Of a DNA stretch of 64,000 nucleotides, positions 30,244-39,550 are shown one piece after another. The position numbers were made by a program, and so were the translations under genes. The notes below the pieces were generated by a model that saw nothing but the letters and a program-made list of their open reading frames with translations, made no database searches and was not told the DNA's origin. The stretch comes from Gemmatimonadota bacterium. Lineage in GTDB: Bacteria; Gemmatimonadota; Gemmatimonadetes; Palauibacterales; KS3-K002. Location of the stretch: assembly GCA_039588015.1 (NCBI GenBank), contig JBDHAS010000001.1:51476-115475 (forward strand), in the 5' to 3' direction. Position 1 is the first letter of the stretch, and every line of letters begins with the position of its first letter.

Positions 30244-30684
30244 ATGCGTCTCGTACTTCAGCGGGTGGCCAGGGCGGAGGTCCGCGTGGACGGCGAGCGG
30301 GTGGGCTCGATCGACCGCGGCTATCTCCTGCTTGTGGGATTCACGGCCGGCGACGACGAAGAGACGCTTCGCTGGATGATCGAGAAGGTGCGGGGCCTGA
30401 GGTTGTTCCCGGACAGCGAAGGAAGGATGAACCTGCCGATCGATGACGTTGGCGGTGAGATCTTGGTCGTCTCGCAATTCACACTTTACGCGGACGTGCG
30501 CAAAGGTCGGCGCCCATCTTTCGTAGACGCTGCGGAGCCGGACGAGGCAGAACGGCTGTACAGCCGCTTCGTCGAGTTGCTTCGGCAAGGGACGATCCCG
30601 GTCGCCACAGGGACTTTCGGTGCCAGGATGGAGGTCGACCTGGTGAACGATGGGCCCGTGACGCTCATCATCGAGAGGGACTGA
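30244..30684 (+). CDS. dtd: D-aminoacyl-tRNA deacylase (Dtd)
   Basis: MRLVLQRV...VVSQFTLYAD...GRRPSF pattern of DTD; 146 aa. Confidence 0.9.
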   Translation: MRLVLQRVARAEVRVDGERVGSIDRGYLLLVGFTAGDDEETLRWMIEKVRGLRLFPDSEGRMNLPIDDVGGEILVVSQFTLYADVRKGRRPSFVDAAEPDEAERLYSRFVELLRQGTIPVATGTFGARMEVDLVNDGPVTLIIERD

Positions 30685-30687
30685 ACG

Positions 30688-31944
30688 GTGAGGCCAAAGC
30701 TAACGTCATACTTGGGGTGTTCCGCGGCGTTGCTCGTGCTATCGTCGGCGAGCGCATGGGCGCAGACGGCCTGGGACCCGAATGCGATCGACTACGACGG
30801 TCCTCCGGCCTGGCAGCAGGCGGCCGCGGCGGTGCTCAATCGGCACCTGCCGACCGACTCCGGCTATTGGGTGTTGGGGCCGCTGAACCTCACGGTGGAC
30901 CTCCCCGATACCATGGACCTGGTTCGCACGACGTTGCGGATAATCGCCCCAAACCTGGCCGGCTCGCGCTCGGTCACACAGAGGCTGTGGATGCCGACCG
31001 GCGGTGTAGCGCTGGAAGAGTTGCAGCCGTCGGATACGCTTCCGCACGAGCTGCCGCCCGGCTATCCGGGGCGTTTTCTGAAGGGGAACATCGCTGGCGA
31101 GAGGATCTTTGTTCAGGTTCTTACCGTTCAGCAGCACCGGTGGGTGCTTTGGGCGCAGCGATCCGACGTGGTGAGCATACGGGAGCTGGTGACCGGATCG
31201 CTGGCGCAGTACAGCACCGCGATAACCGAGTATCTTGCCGCCGTGGACAGCGGCCGCCCCACAACGCGTCCTCCTCGCGCATCGGCATACGGGCTGGACG
31301 CGATGCTCGATCTGTACGCGGGACCGCCCGACCCGGTAATCCGCGATCGTGAGGGTTACCTGAATCTGCTTCGCGAGAACCGGGTCTTCACACTAGACGG
31401 TGAAGTGAAGGACGTGTACGGTTTCCTTCCCGGTCCACCGCTAATCGGCTGGCTCGAGGAAGAGGCGGATGATGTCCTGTTCCTGAATCGTGACGGCGCG
31501 ATGGCGCTGCAACACCGCTACGGTGACCTGACGCGCGCCCGTGAGGACTGGCATGGCCTTCCCGTAGTTACAGGAACGACGATCTCGTCGTTACGACCGG
31601 GGCGGTATGTGTTTGTCGTCGACCGCTACGGGTTCATGCGCGTCGGTCCTGCAGCCGAGATGGACGTAACGGGTCGACCTGCGGCCTCGGCTGCGACCCT
31701 CGCCCACGGCGATCCGGTCAGAGTAGCTGGCGAGCTGGTGTTGGAGGCGGCGCCCGGAGAAGGGCCGCGGGTGCTCGAGCTGAACGTCAACTCGGAAGAG
31801 TACTTCTTCAGCAACCGCTCCATGTCGCTCTACGAGGATGTAGAAGTGCGCTCCGACCGCTATGTCGCGGCGCTCGGTCACGCGCTGAGCGCGCTCGATC
31901 TAGCGCGGATACCGCGCGACAACATCCTCATCCGCAAGTTCTGA
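30688..31944 (+). CDS. Hypothetical secreted protein
   Basis: Signal peptide MRPKLTSYLGCSAALLVLSSASAWAQ. GTG start with GAGAGGGA SD. No family recognised. Confidence 0.45.
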   Translation: MRPKLTSYLGCSAALLVLSSASAWAQTAWDPNAIDYDGPPAWQQAAAAVLNRHLPTDSGYWVLGPLNLTVDLPDTMDLVRTTLRIIAPNLAGSRSVTQRLWMPTGGVALEELQPSDTLPHELPPGYPGRFLKGNIAGERIFVQVLTVQQHRWVLWAQRSDVVSIRELVTGSLAQYSTAITEYLAAVDSGRPTTRPPRASAYGLDAMLDLYAGPPDPVIRDREGYLNLLRENRVFTLDGEVKDVYGFLPGPPLIGWLEEEADDVLFLNRDGAMALQHRYGDLTRAREDWHGLPVVTGTTISSLRPGRYVFVVDRYGFMRVGPAAEMDVTGRPAASAATLAHGDPVRVAGELVLEAAPGEGPRVLELNVNSEEYFFSNRSMSLYEDVEVRSDRYVAALGHALSALDLARIPRDNILIRKF

Positions 31945-31999
31945 GCATCGGGGTCGATTCCGTGCACAACCGCTCGAGGGTGGGAGTCCAGAGGTAGCG

Positions 32000-32590
32000 A
32001 TGGCTCCTCGCCTGATTCTGGCCTCGAGGTCCCCGCGCCGGGCGGAGCTGCTGGCGCGCATCGGACTCGACTTCGCCGTTCGTGTGCCTGACGTTGACGA
32101 GTCGCTGTTGCCCGGCGAAGAGCCAGCAGCCGCGGCTGACCGCCTGGCTCGGAGCAAGGCCGAGGTGGCGCTGGCGGATGGGGCCCTGGTCATAGGCTGT
32201 GATACACTGGTCGTCCACCGCGGCGAAACGCTCGGCAAACCTGCCGACGGCGAAGATGCAGTTGCGATGCTTCGGCGACTCCAGGGCGACGAGCACGTCG
32301 TCTACACGGGCGTGGCGCTGGGGATGCCGGGCCGTATCGAAAGCGCGGTGGAGGCGACGCGTGTGTGGTTTCGGCCGCTCGAGCTTCAGGAATGCGAGGA
32401 ATACGTCAGCACGAACGAGCCCATGGATAAAGCGGGCGCCTACGGCATCCAGGGGTTTGGTGCGGCGATCGTCGAGCGCATCGACGGTGACTATTTCAAC
32501 GTCATGGGCCTGCCGATTCAGCGACTTCTCGAGCTGTTCAATCGCTTTGGGTGGCGGTATGCCTTTGGCGGGCTTGTCGAGTTGGATTGA
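32000..32590 (+). CDS. maf: Maf-like nucleoside triphosphate pyrophosphatase
   Basis: LILASRSPRRAELLARIGL...GCDTLVV...KP...A..ML..L.G..H.V.TGVAL is characteristic of Maf. Confidence 0.9.
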   Translation: MAPRLILASRSPRRAELLARIGLDFAVRVPDVDESLLPGEEPAAAADRLARSKAEVALADGALVIGCDTLVVHRGETLGKPADGEDAVAMLRRLQGDEHVVYTGVALGMPGRIESAVEATRVWFRPLELQECEEYVSTNEPMDKAGAYGIQGFGAAIVERIDGDYFNVMGLPIQRLLELFNRFGWRYAFGGLVELD

Positions 32591-32733
32591 GGCATCTAGA
32601 GCCGCTGCCTTCCTCCTAGACGATTCGTGCCTGCGACATACTGTACCCTCTCTCTTGATGCGGCGGATCGGGCAGCGTACGTTCGCGTCCAGTTCCAACA
32701 CAGTGAACCCTGAGGAAACCGGTACGCCTGAAA

Positions 32734-33789
32734 GTGGCGAATGAAGTGCCCCGCGCAGTCCGCTGGCACGACGATGCCGTGCGGATCATCGATCAGACTC
32801 GGCTCCCCGATGAGTACGTGGAGCTCGACCTGGCGGAGGTGGAGGAGGTCGTGGAGGCGATCCAGAGCCTGCGGGTCAGAGGTGCGCCCGCCATCGGTAT
32901 CGCCGGTGCCATGGGTTTGGTCGCTTCGCTCAAGATTCATCTCGGTTCGGCTCCAGACGAGTTTGGAAACTGCCTGGCCGAAAACGCTCGGCGTATCCGC
33001 GAGGCACGTCCCACGGGCGTGAATCTCGCCTGGGCCGTCGATCGACTGGTCAAGCTGGCGGAGTCGATGGGCGCCGCTGCTTCGAACGCCCAAGTCTGGG
33101 AAGCATTGCGCGCCGAGGCGTCCAGTATCCTCGACGAAGACGAAGACATGTGCCGCCGCATCGGCGAGCACGGGCTCGGGCTCTTGCGTGAAGGGATGAC
33201 GGTGCTCACGCATTGCAACGCGGGCGCCCTCGCGACTGGCGGAATTGGGACCGCGCTGGCACCGATCCATCTGGCCGCCCAGCGAGGGCTGAACGTCCGC
33301 GTTCTTGCCACCGAGACTCGCCCGCTGTTGCAGGGCAGTAGGCTGACCGCTTGGGAACTGGACCGGGCCGGCGTCGACGTGACCGTGTTGACCGACAACA
33401 TGGCGGCGGCTGCGATGAGGGAACTCGGCGTCGATCTGGTGATCGTCGGTGCCGATAGCATCGCGGCCAACGGCGACGTTGCAAACAAGATCGGGACCTA
33501 CGGTCTGGCCGTCGCCGCTCTACACCATGGGATCCCGTTCTACGTGGCGGCCCCGTCGTCCACGTTCGATTTCGGGCTCGCCTCCGGGGACGCGATACCC
33601 ATCGAGCAGCGCGGCGCGGAGGAGGTCCGCTACGGCTTCGGGCGACGGACCGCGCCGGACGGCGTAGACGTGTACAGCCCGGCGTTCGATGTCACGCCGG
33701 CGAGCCTGATCACGGCGATCATCGCAGAAGAAGGCATCTTCGCACCGGACGACCTGTCGTCTCTGCGCGAGGCGAAGCCGAAGACATGA
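32734..33789 (+). CDS. mtnA: S-methyl-5-thioribose-1-phosphate isomerase (MtnA; eIF-2B alpha/beta/delta-like)
   Basis: VRWHDDAVRIIDQTRLP...LRVRGAPAIGIAGAMGL...TRPLLQGSRLTAWEL...VGADSIAANGDVANKIGTY. Confidence 0.9.
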   Translation: MANEVPRAVRWHDDAVRIIDQTRLPDEYVELDLAEVEEVVEAIQSLRVRGAPAIGIAGAMGLVASLKIHLGSAPDEFGNCLAENARRIREARPTGVNLAWAVDRLVKLAESMGAAASNAQVWEALRAEASSILDEDEDMCRRIGEHGLGLLREGMTVLTHCNAGALATGGIGTALAPIHLAAQRGLNVRVLATETRPLLQGSRLTAWELDRAGVDVTVLTDNMAAAAMRELGVDLVIVGADSIAANGDVANKIGTYGLAVAALHHGIPFYVAAPSSTFDFGLASGDAIPIEQRGAEEVRYGFGRRTAPDGVDVYSPAFDVTPASLITAIIAEEGIFAPDDLSSLREAKPKT

Positions 33790-34196
33790 AGGAGTACGAG
33801 GCCAAGCGAAGCACGGTCATATTTACGCTCGGTTTCTTGATTGTGCTGACGGGGTTGAGCTTAGTCGGCCTATTCTTTGCCGAGCCGCGCTGGTTCTTCG
33901 TCGTCATCCTTTTCGCGCTTGCGTGGGAGTGGTATCGCCACCTGAGGGCGCCGGTGAAGATCGTTGTGAGGGACGACGGGTTTATCGTCCTTCACACAGT
34001 CGTCGGGCGGAGCCAGCTCGATCCGAAGGCGATCAAACGGATCAGGCGAGCTGGGCGATACTGCTCGCTCGAGCACGGCGGCCGAACGACGAACCTGTAC
34101 GCGAATATGGAAGGTCTAGAGGACTTTCTGTCGCACCTTCAGAGCGCGAACCCATCGCTCGAAGTGAGCAAATTCACGTGGGGTCAGAAACGGTGA
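33786..34196 (+). CDS. Small membrane protein with bacterial PH-like (DUF304-type) domain
   Basis: Two N-terminal TM helices followed by a roughly 80-aa soluble domain. Call by architecture only. Confidence 0.35.
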   Translation: MKEYEAKRSTVIFTLGFLIVLTGLSLVGLFFAEPRWFFVVILFALAWEWYRHLRAPVKIVVRDDGFIVLHTVVGRSQLDPKAIKRIRRAGRYCSLEHGGRTTNLYANMEGLEDFLSHLQSANPSLEVSKFTWGQKR

Positions 34197-34203
34197 GCGT
34201 TCC

Positions 34204-35700
34204 ATGTCCGTGATCCTCGCGATCGATCAGGGCACGACCGGCACGACCGTATTGGCGGTGAACCACGAGGGCGGCGTCGCTGGCCGTGCCTATCAGGAAA
34301 TCGAGCAGCACTACCCACGTCCCGGTTGGGTCGAACACGACCCGGAAGAGATCTGGGAGTCGACGTGCGAGACGATCCGCGCCGCGCTGGAGAGCGGCGG
34401 GCTGGCCGCGGGCGATGTGGGCGGCATAGGAATAACGAACCAGCGCGAGACGGTAGTCGTCTGGGATCGAGAGAGCGGGGAGCCGATTCACCGAGCGATC
34501 GTCTGGCAGTGCCGGCGGACAGCTCCCGAGTGTCGCGCGCTCAAAGAAGGTGGCCACGAGGCGTTCATTCGTGGGCGCTCGGGCCTGGTCATCGATCCGT
34601 ACTTTTCCGGCACGAAGATCGGCTGGCTTCTGGACAACGTCTCCGACGCGCGTGAGCGCGCCGAGGACGGGCAGCTTGCCGCGGGAACGATCGACAGTTG
34701 GCTGATCTGGAAGCTTACGGGTGGACGCGTCCACGCTACGGAGCCGACCAACGCATCGAGGACCCAGCTGTTTCGGATCGACGAACGGCGTTGGGATCCT
34801 GATCTCTGCCAGCTTCTTGGCGTTCCGGAGAGCATGCTGCCGGAGGTGTTGCCGTCCGGGGGGAGTTTCGGCGATACGGATGGCGCGCTCGGCTTTGTCG
34901 CACCGGTCGCCGCGGCCATCGGCGATCAGCAGGCGGCGCTGTATGGGCAGGGGTGTTGGGAGCCGGGCCTGGCAAAGTGCACATACGGAACCGGCGCTTT
35001 TCTTCTCGTCCACACGGGCGACGAGGTCGTTCCGTCCGCGCACGGCCTACTCACGACGGTGGCGTGTGGGGCGCGCGGCGAGGCGGCGTACGCCTTGGAG
35101 GGCTCGATCTTCATCGCGGGCGCCGCTGTCCAGTGGCTGCGCGACGAGTTGGGGCTGGTAAGGAACGCCGCCGAGACAGAGGACCTGGCGCGGTCGCTCG
35201 ACTCGAACGAGGGCGTCTATTTCGTACCGGCGTTCGTCGGCCTCGGTGCGCCGCACTGGTTGGCTGAAGCCAGGGGGACCGTAGTAGGGCTGACCCGCGG
35301 CAGCGGCCCGCAGCATCTTGCCCGCGCGTCGCTGGAGGCGATGGCCTACGCGACTCGCGACTTGATCGAAGCGATGGCCGCCGATTGGGGCCATCCGGTG
35401 CGCGAGCTGCGTGCGGATGGTGGCGCGGCCGCGAACGATTGGCTCATGCAGTTCCAGGCGGACATCGCCGGCATCCCGGTTGGTCGGCCGGCGATGGTGG
35501 AGACGACGGCGCTTGGAGCAGCCGGTCTGGCAGGTTTGATCTGCGGCGTCTGGTCTAGCCCGGACGAACTACACGAGTTGCAGAAGCTGGACCGGCGGTT
35601 CGAGCCCGGCCTCGGTACCGCCGAACGGGAAAGACTCCTCCACGGCTGGCAGCGGGCCGTGAAGGCCGCGGCCGCGTGGGCCGAGGGGTCCGACGTTTAG
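34204..35700 (+). CDS. glpK: Glycerol kinase (GlpK)
   Basis: MSVILAIDQGTTGTTVLAV...GITNQRETVVVWDRESGEPIH...FHSGTKI-like FGGY motifs. About 498 aa. Confidence 0.9.
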   Translation: MSVILAIDQGTTGTTVLAVNHEGGVAGRAYQEIEQHYPRPGWVEHDPEEIWESTCETIRAALESGGLAAGDVGGIGITNQRETVVVWDRESGEPIHRAIVWQCRRTAPECRALKEGGHEAFIRGRSGLVIDPYFSGTKIGWLLDNVSDARERAEDGQLAAGTIDSWLIWKLTGGRVHATEPTNASRTQLFRIDERRWDPDLCQLLGVPESMLPEVLPSGGSFGDTDGALGFVAPVAAAIGDQQAALYGQGCWEPGLAKCTYGTGAFLLVHTGDEVVPSAHGLLTTVACGARGEAAYALEGSIFIAGAAVQWLRDELGLVRNAAETEDLARSLDSNEGVYFVPAFVGLGAPHWLAEARGTVVGLTRGSGPQHLARASLEAMAYATRDLIEAMAADWGHPVRELRADGGAAANDWLMQFQADIAGIPVGRPAMVETTALGAAGLAGLICGVWSSPDELHELQKLDRRFEPGLGTAERERLLHGWQRAVKAAAAWAEGSDV

Positions 35701-35715
35701 AGACTCTTTGAGCAG

Positions 35716-36195
35716 GTGCATGCCATGACTCAGCCGCTTCGCATCGGCGTAATCGGCAGCCATGCCTGCGACGAAAGCGTCGCGGACGTCGCTCGTCGCG
35801 TCGGCCGCCTGATCGCCGAGGCGGGTGCGGTTCTGGTGTGCGGCGGCTTGGGCGGTGTGATGGCGGCGGCCGCGACGGGCGCCAGGGACGCCGGAGGCGT
35901 CACGGTTGGCATACTTCCAGGTACCGACCCGAGCGTGGCAAATCCCGGAATTGCTGTGGCGATCCCGACCGGAATGGGCGAAGCGCGGAACGCTGTCGTC
36001 GTTGCCTCCTCGGATGCGGTGATAGGAATCGCCGGCGGGTGGGGGACGCTATCGGAGGCGGCGTTCTGCATGAAGAACGGAGTCCCGTTGATCCTGCTCG
36101 AGTCCGATCTGCCGCCGCTCCCGGTACCCAAAGCTGACAATGCGGACGAGGCCGTGCAGTGGGCGATCGATCAGGCGAGGGTGAGGCGTGGATGA
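35716..36195 (+). CDS. TIGR00725-family (LOG/SLOG-like Rossmann) protein
   Basis: RIGVIGS...VLVCGGLGGVMAAAATGARDAGGVTVGILP...IGIAGGWGTLSE pattern. Confidence 0.6.
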   Translation: MHAMTQPLRIGVIGSHACDESVADVARRVGRLIAEAGAVLVCGGLGGVMAAAATGARDAGGVTVGILPGTDPSVANPGIAVAIPTGMGEARNAVVVASSDAVIGIAGGWGTLSEAAFCMKNGVPLILLESDLPPLPVPKADNADEAVQWAIDQARVRRG

Positions 36196-36224
36196 GGCAG
36201 AGGATTTGAGCGAGCGAGCCGGGC

Positions 36225-38084
36225 GTGGCTGATCTAGGCGAGCTGAGTCTCTGGGCGGCTTTGCCGTTGACGCTCGTTGCCGCTGCCTCGTCCAATGGCG
36301 GCGCCCTAAAGGGACGTGCCGACGTGGTGGCGTTCGGCGGGCGCGCGGCGGAAGCCGCGACGGGTCTTCTGCTCATCGCTGTGGCAGGCTTGGCCAGCGC
36401 ACTCGTTGGCGTTCAGCTCAAGTACGCGTACGTGGCGGCGGTTTCCGGATTCCAAGAGCCTTGGGGTTTGCGGCTGGCGGGACTCTGGGCTGGGCCGGCC
36501 GGGGGTGGCCTTCTGGTGACGTCGCTCATCGCTGGCGGCGCGGTGGTCAGCCACAGGCTCGGGCGCTCGAGGCAGGCGGCTGCTCGCACGGGTTCTCTCG
36601 CCGTGCTGACGCTCATCGGCTTGGCGATGGTCCTGATCCAGACCCGCCCCTTCATGCAACTGCCAAGCCCGGCAACGATCGGAGCTGGACTGCCTTCGGC
36701 GCTCGGAGAGGTCTCCTGGCACATCGAGATACTGGCTGCCTGTCTGGCGGTGGCCTGCGGTGCCTTCGCCTTCTCGGGGGCGTTGGCGGGCCAGTTGATG
36801 GTTGGAGAGGAGGAGCCGGATGCGCGGCCCCAGGAACGGGCGGCGATGGCTCTGGCAGCTGCACTGCTGACGGTCGCGATCCTGGTCGCGACATGGCGAG
36901 CGTATGCTCGAAGCGGGGTGCTCCTCGACTCTGAGGGCCTGTCGTACGTTCTGGCCTACGTCCCGGCCTGGCTGCTGGCCAATTCAAGCCTGCACGCACC
37001 CGGCGGTGACATCGTCCCGGTGTGGGCTTCGCGCTGGCGCCGTATCCTGGAGGTTGCCTTCTTCCCGGCCGCGCTTGGCGCTTGGGCCTCAGTGCTCCTC
37101 GGCTTTGGTGGCCCGCCCGCGCCAAGGGTATGGGTGGGCGGTCTCGCCTTCGGGGTGATCTCGGGGGCCCTTGCCAGTTACCGACCACGCGAACGAGGCT
37201 TCGAGGAACTGCGGGACGTGCCGGGTTTCGGGCCTTGGGCCTTTCAGGCGGGGATCCTGACGCTGGCGGTGGCGGGGATCGCGGCGGTGGCGGCCCTGAG
37301 CGGAGGCGCGCACTGGGCCAATCTCGCTTGGGCTCTCGGCCTACTCGGGTTAGGCGTGATCGGCGCGTGGTCGACGTCACGTCCGGCGGGCCCATGGCAG
37401 AGGGTGTGGCTGTTCGCAGGCGCAGCGGCTGTGGTCACGTTCGTCGGTCTATTGGCCGAAGTCGGGCGGCAGGGCCTGATCGTGGCCGTGACCGGCGCGC
37501 TGACGGCGGCCATCGTCGTCGGCGTCACCGCAGACGTTGTGCGTATAACGTGGTCGAGACGGGCCGCCCGCCTTCCCGTAGTTGAGAGAAACTCGGAGGT
37601 TTTGCCACTGATCCGGCGCCGGGCCAGGCGACGGCGGACCGCTGCCGTAGCGCACCTCGGTCTGGCGGTGCTGATGTTGGGCCTCGCCGCCGAATCTCTG
37701 ACCAACTCGGAAACCAGAGTTCTCTACCCGGGTGACTCGCTCAGCCTGAGTGACGGATCCGGCGAAGGCGTCAGCGCGACCTATCTGGGGTTGTCGCGTT
37801 ATCAGGTGAAGGAGCTGCGGAAACAGGTGGCGAGCTTCAGGTTGGACCGAGGACGGGCAGCGCCGCAACTGATGACGGCCGAGACGAGCTACGATGTCGT
37901 CACCGACAGGAATGGCCGCCGGCCAGCTGTGGGACGCGGCCTCGTTCGCGACGTCGTCGTGAGCATCGATGATATCGGGCCGGATGAGGGGGTGAGTTGT
38001 CGCCTGGCGACTCGGCCGTTCGCAAGCTTGGTGTGGCTTGGAGGTGTCCTGTTGATCGTGTCGACGCTGACGCGCTGGACGTGA
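36225..38084 (+). CDS. CcmF/NrfE-like polytopic membrane protein apparently lacking the WWD heme-handling motif
   Basis: N-terminus YAYVAAVSGFQEPWGLRLAGLW matches the CcmF N-terminal DFTVTYVASNSN..W..VAATWG region. Exact AHLGLAV match to the E. coli CcmF TM segment. C-terminal RPFASLVWLGGVLLIV matches CcmF KPFVRWIWAGGLMMAL. I found no WGGxWFWDPVEN-like stretch by eye. Confidence 0.45.
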   Translation: MADLGELSLWAALPLTLVAAASSNGGALKGRADVVAFGGRAAEAATGLLLIAVAGLASALVGVQLKYAYVAAVSGFQEPWGLRLAGLWAGPAGGGLLVTSLIAGGAVVSHRLGRSRQAAARTGSLAVLTLIGLAMVLIQTRPFMQLPSPATIGAGLPSALGEVSWHIEILAACLAVACGAFAFSGALAGQLMVGEEEPDARPQERAAMALAAALLTVAILVATWRAYARSGVLLDSEGLSYVLAYVPAWLLANSSLHAPGGDIVPVWASRWRRILEVAFFPAALGAWASVLLGFGGPPAPRVWVGGLAFGVISGALASYRPRERGFEELRDVPGFGPWAFQAGILTLAVAGIAAVAALSGGAHWANLAWALGLLGLGVIGAWSTSRPAGPWQRVWLFAGAAAVVTFVGLLAEVGRQGLIVAVTGALTAAIVVGVTADVVRITWSRRAARLPVVERNSEVLPLIRRRARRRRTAAVAHLGLAVLMLGLAAESLTNSETRVLYPGDSLSLSDGSGEGVSATYLGLSRYQVKELRKQVASFRLDRGRAAPQLMTAETSYDVVTDRNGRRPAVGRGLVRDVVVSIDDIGPDEGVSCRLATRPFASLVWLGGVLLIVSTLTRWT

Positions 38085-38088
38085 GTCG

Positions 38089-38331
38089 ATGAGCGCCGCC
38101 GTTGCTGTGCTGCTCGGATTGTTGGCGGTTCTATACTCGGTGTGGCCCTTGTTCCGCCAGAGGGGAGTTCGTCCGCTTGCCTCATCACGGTCGGGCAGTC
38201 TGGACGTGGACGCTGAGACGTGCGTGAGGGCGCTGAGGAATTGGTCAATGGCAGCCGGCGAGATCCAAGCCGAAGAGAGAGTTTCGGCGCAGGACGGCCC
38301 GGCTGAAGGGACTGAACATGAGCAAACATGA
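38089..38331 (+). CDS. Small single-TM hypothetical protein
   Basis: ATGA-type coupling to the CcmF-like stop; N-terminal TM helix MSAAVAVLLGLLAVLYSVWPLF. Could be a ccm-accessory-like peptide or spurious. Confidence 0.25.
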   Translation: MSAAVAVLLGLLAVLYSVWPLFRQRGVRPLASSRSGSLDVDAETCVRALRNWSMAAGEIQAEERVSAQDGPAEGTEHEQT

Positions 38332-39469
38332 GAGTGGGCCGCCGCAGATTCCGCTCTTCGACCTGGCGCGACAACACGAGCCGATCGCTGAAGAGTTGAT
38401 GTCGGCAGTGGAGGCGGTCGCCCGGTCACAGAGTTTCGTGCTCGGTAGCGTCGTCGCCGACTTCGAGGCGGCGGTGGCCGAGTTTCTGAACGTCGGTCAT
38501 GCTGTGGGCGTGGCCAGCGGCACCGACGCCCTCTACCTGTCGCTTCGCCTGCTGGATCTGAAGGAGGGCGACGAGGTCATCACATCTCCTTTCACTTTCT
38601 TTGCGACCGCGGGCGCAATCGTCAACGCCGGGGGGCGAATCGTGTTCGCCGACATCGATCCGGCCACCTACAACATCGATCCAGAGGCCGTCGCCGATGT
38701 CGTCTCGGACCGAACGCGCGCGATCGTACCGGTCCATCTCTTCGGCCAGATGGCGGAGATGGGACCGCTCTTGAAGTTGGCGCACGAACGTGACCTCTGG
38801 ATCATTGAAGACGCGGCCCAATCGATCGGCGCCAAGGCGGCCATCGAAGGTGCCTGGCGGGCGGCCGGCGCGCTCGGGACCGTGGGGTGCTTCTCGTTCT
38901 ACCCGACAAAGAACCTGAGTGGCTGGGGCGAAGGAGGGCTCATCGCAACGAACGACGAACAGATCGCGGAGCGGCTGCGGCGGCTCCGCGTCCACGGCGA
39001 AGACTACTCCAGCGGGCGGTACGTTCACCATCAGGTTGGCATCAACTCTCGTCTTGATGCGATTCAGGCAGCGGTGCTCCAAGTGAAGCTGCGGCAGCTG
39101 CCGGGTTGGACGGAGACGCGGCGGGCGCGGGCCGGCTGGTACGATCGCCGTCTCGAGCGGGTGGAGGGTGTAGCCAGCCCACCGGCCGAGCTCGATCGCT
39201 TTCATGTCTACAGCCTGTACACGGTCCGTGCGCAGCGGCGCGACGAGCTTCGAGAACACCTGCGCGGCCGGGGGATCGGCAGCGGCGTCTATTACCCGGT
39301 TCCGCTGCACCTGCAGCCCTGCTTTGCGGACCTCGGGTACCGCCAGGGCCAATTTCCCGAGTCGGAAACCGCCGCCGCCGAGGTGTTGAGCCTTCCGGTA
39401 TACCCCGAGCTGTCTCAGGACCAGTTAGAGCGGGTGGCCGCCGCGATCGAGGAGTTCTATGGCATCTGA
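38318..39469 (+). CDS. DegT/DnrJ/EryC1/StrS-family PLP-dependent sugar aminotransferase
   Basis: IPLFDLARQHEPIAEELMSAVEAVARSQSFVLG opening is typical of DegT-family enzymes; FYPTKNL lysine region. Confidence 0.85.
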   Translation: MSKHESGPPQIPLFDLARQHEPIAEELMSAVEAVARSQSFVLGSVVADFEAAVAEFLNVGHAVGVASGTDALYLSLRLLDLKEGDEVITSPFTFFATAGAIVNAGGRIVFADIDPATYNIDPEAVADVVSDRTRAIVPVHLFGQMAEMGPLLKLAHERDLWIIEDAAQSIGAKAAIEGAWRAAGALGTVGCFSFYPTKNLSGWGEGGLIATNDEQIAERLRRLRVHGEDYSSGRYVHHQVGINSRLDAIQAAVLQVKLRQLPGWTETRRARAGWYDRRLERVEGVASPPAELDRFHVYSLYTVRAQRRDELREHLRGRGIGSGVYYPVPLHLQPCFADLGYRQGQFPESETAAAEVLSLPVYPELSQDQLERVAAAIEEFYGI

Positions 39470-39550
39470 ATCGCTGCTCTTGACCCCGAACAAGACCCGA
39501 AATAGCTTGAGGAACGTCACCCGGCCAGTCCAATCTTCACGCCGAGTCAA

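Noticed and set aside
32591-32733. Possible SAM/methionine riboswitch in the 143-nt leader upstream of mtnA
   Set aside because: I could not match SAM-I/SAM-II consensus elements (no CUCUUAUCAAGAG or GGCCC/GCAACC boxes); no evidence beyond context.
36306-37705. Dense stack of overlapping ORFs in all frames across the CcmF-like gene
   Set aside because: Extreme GC content keeps every frame open. Only the plus-frame protein shows TM periodicity and CcmF-like motifs.
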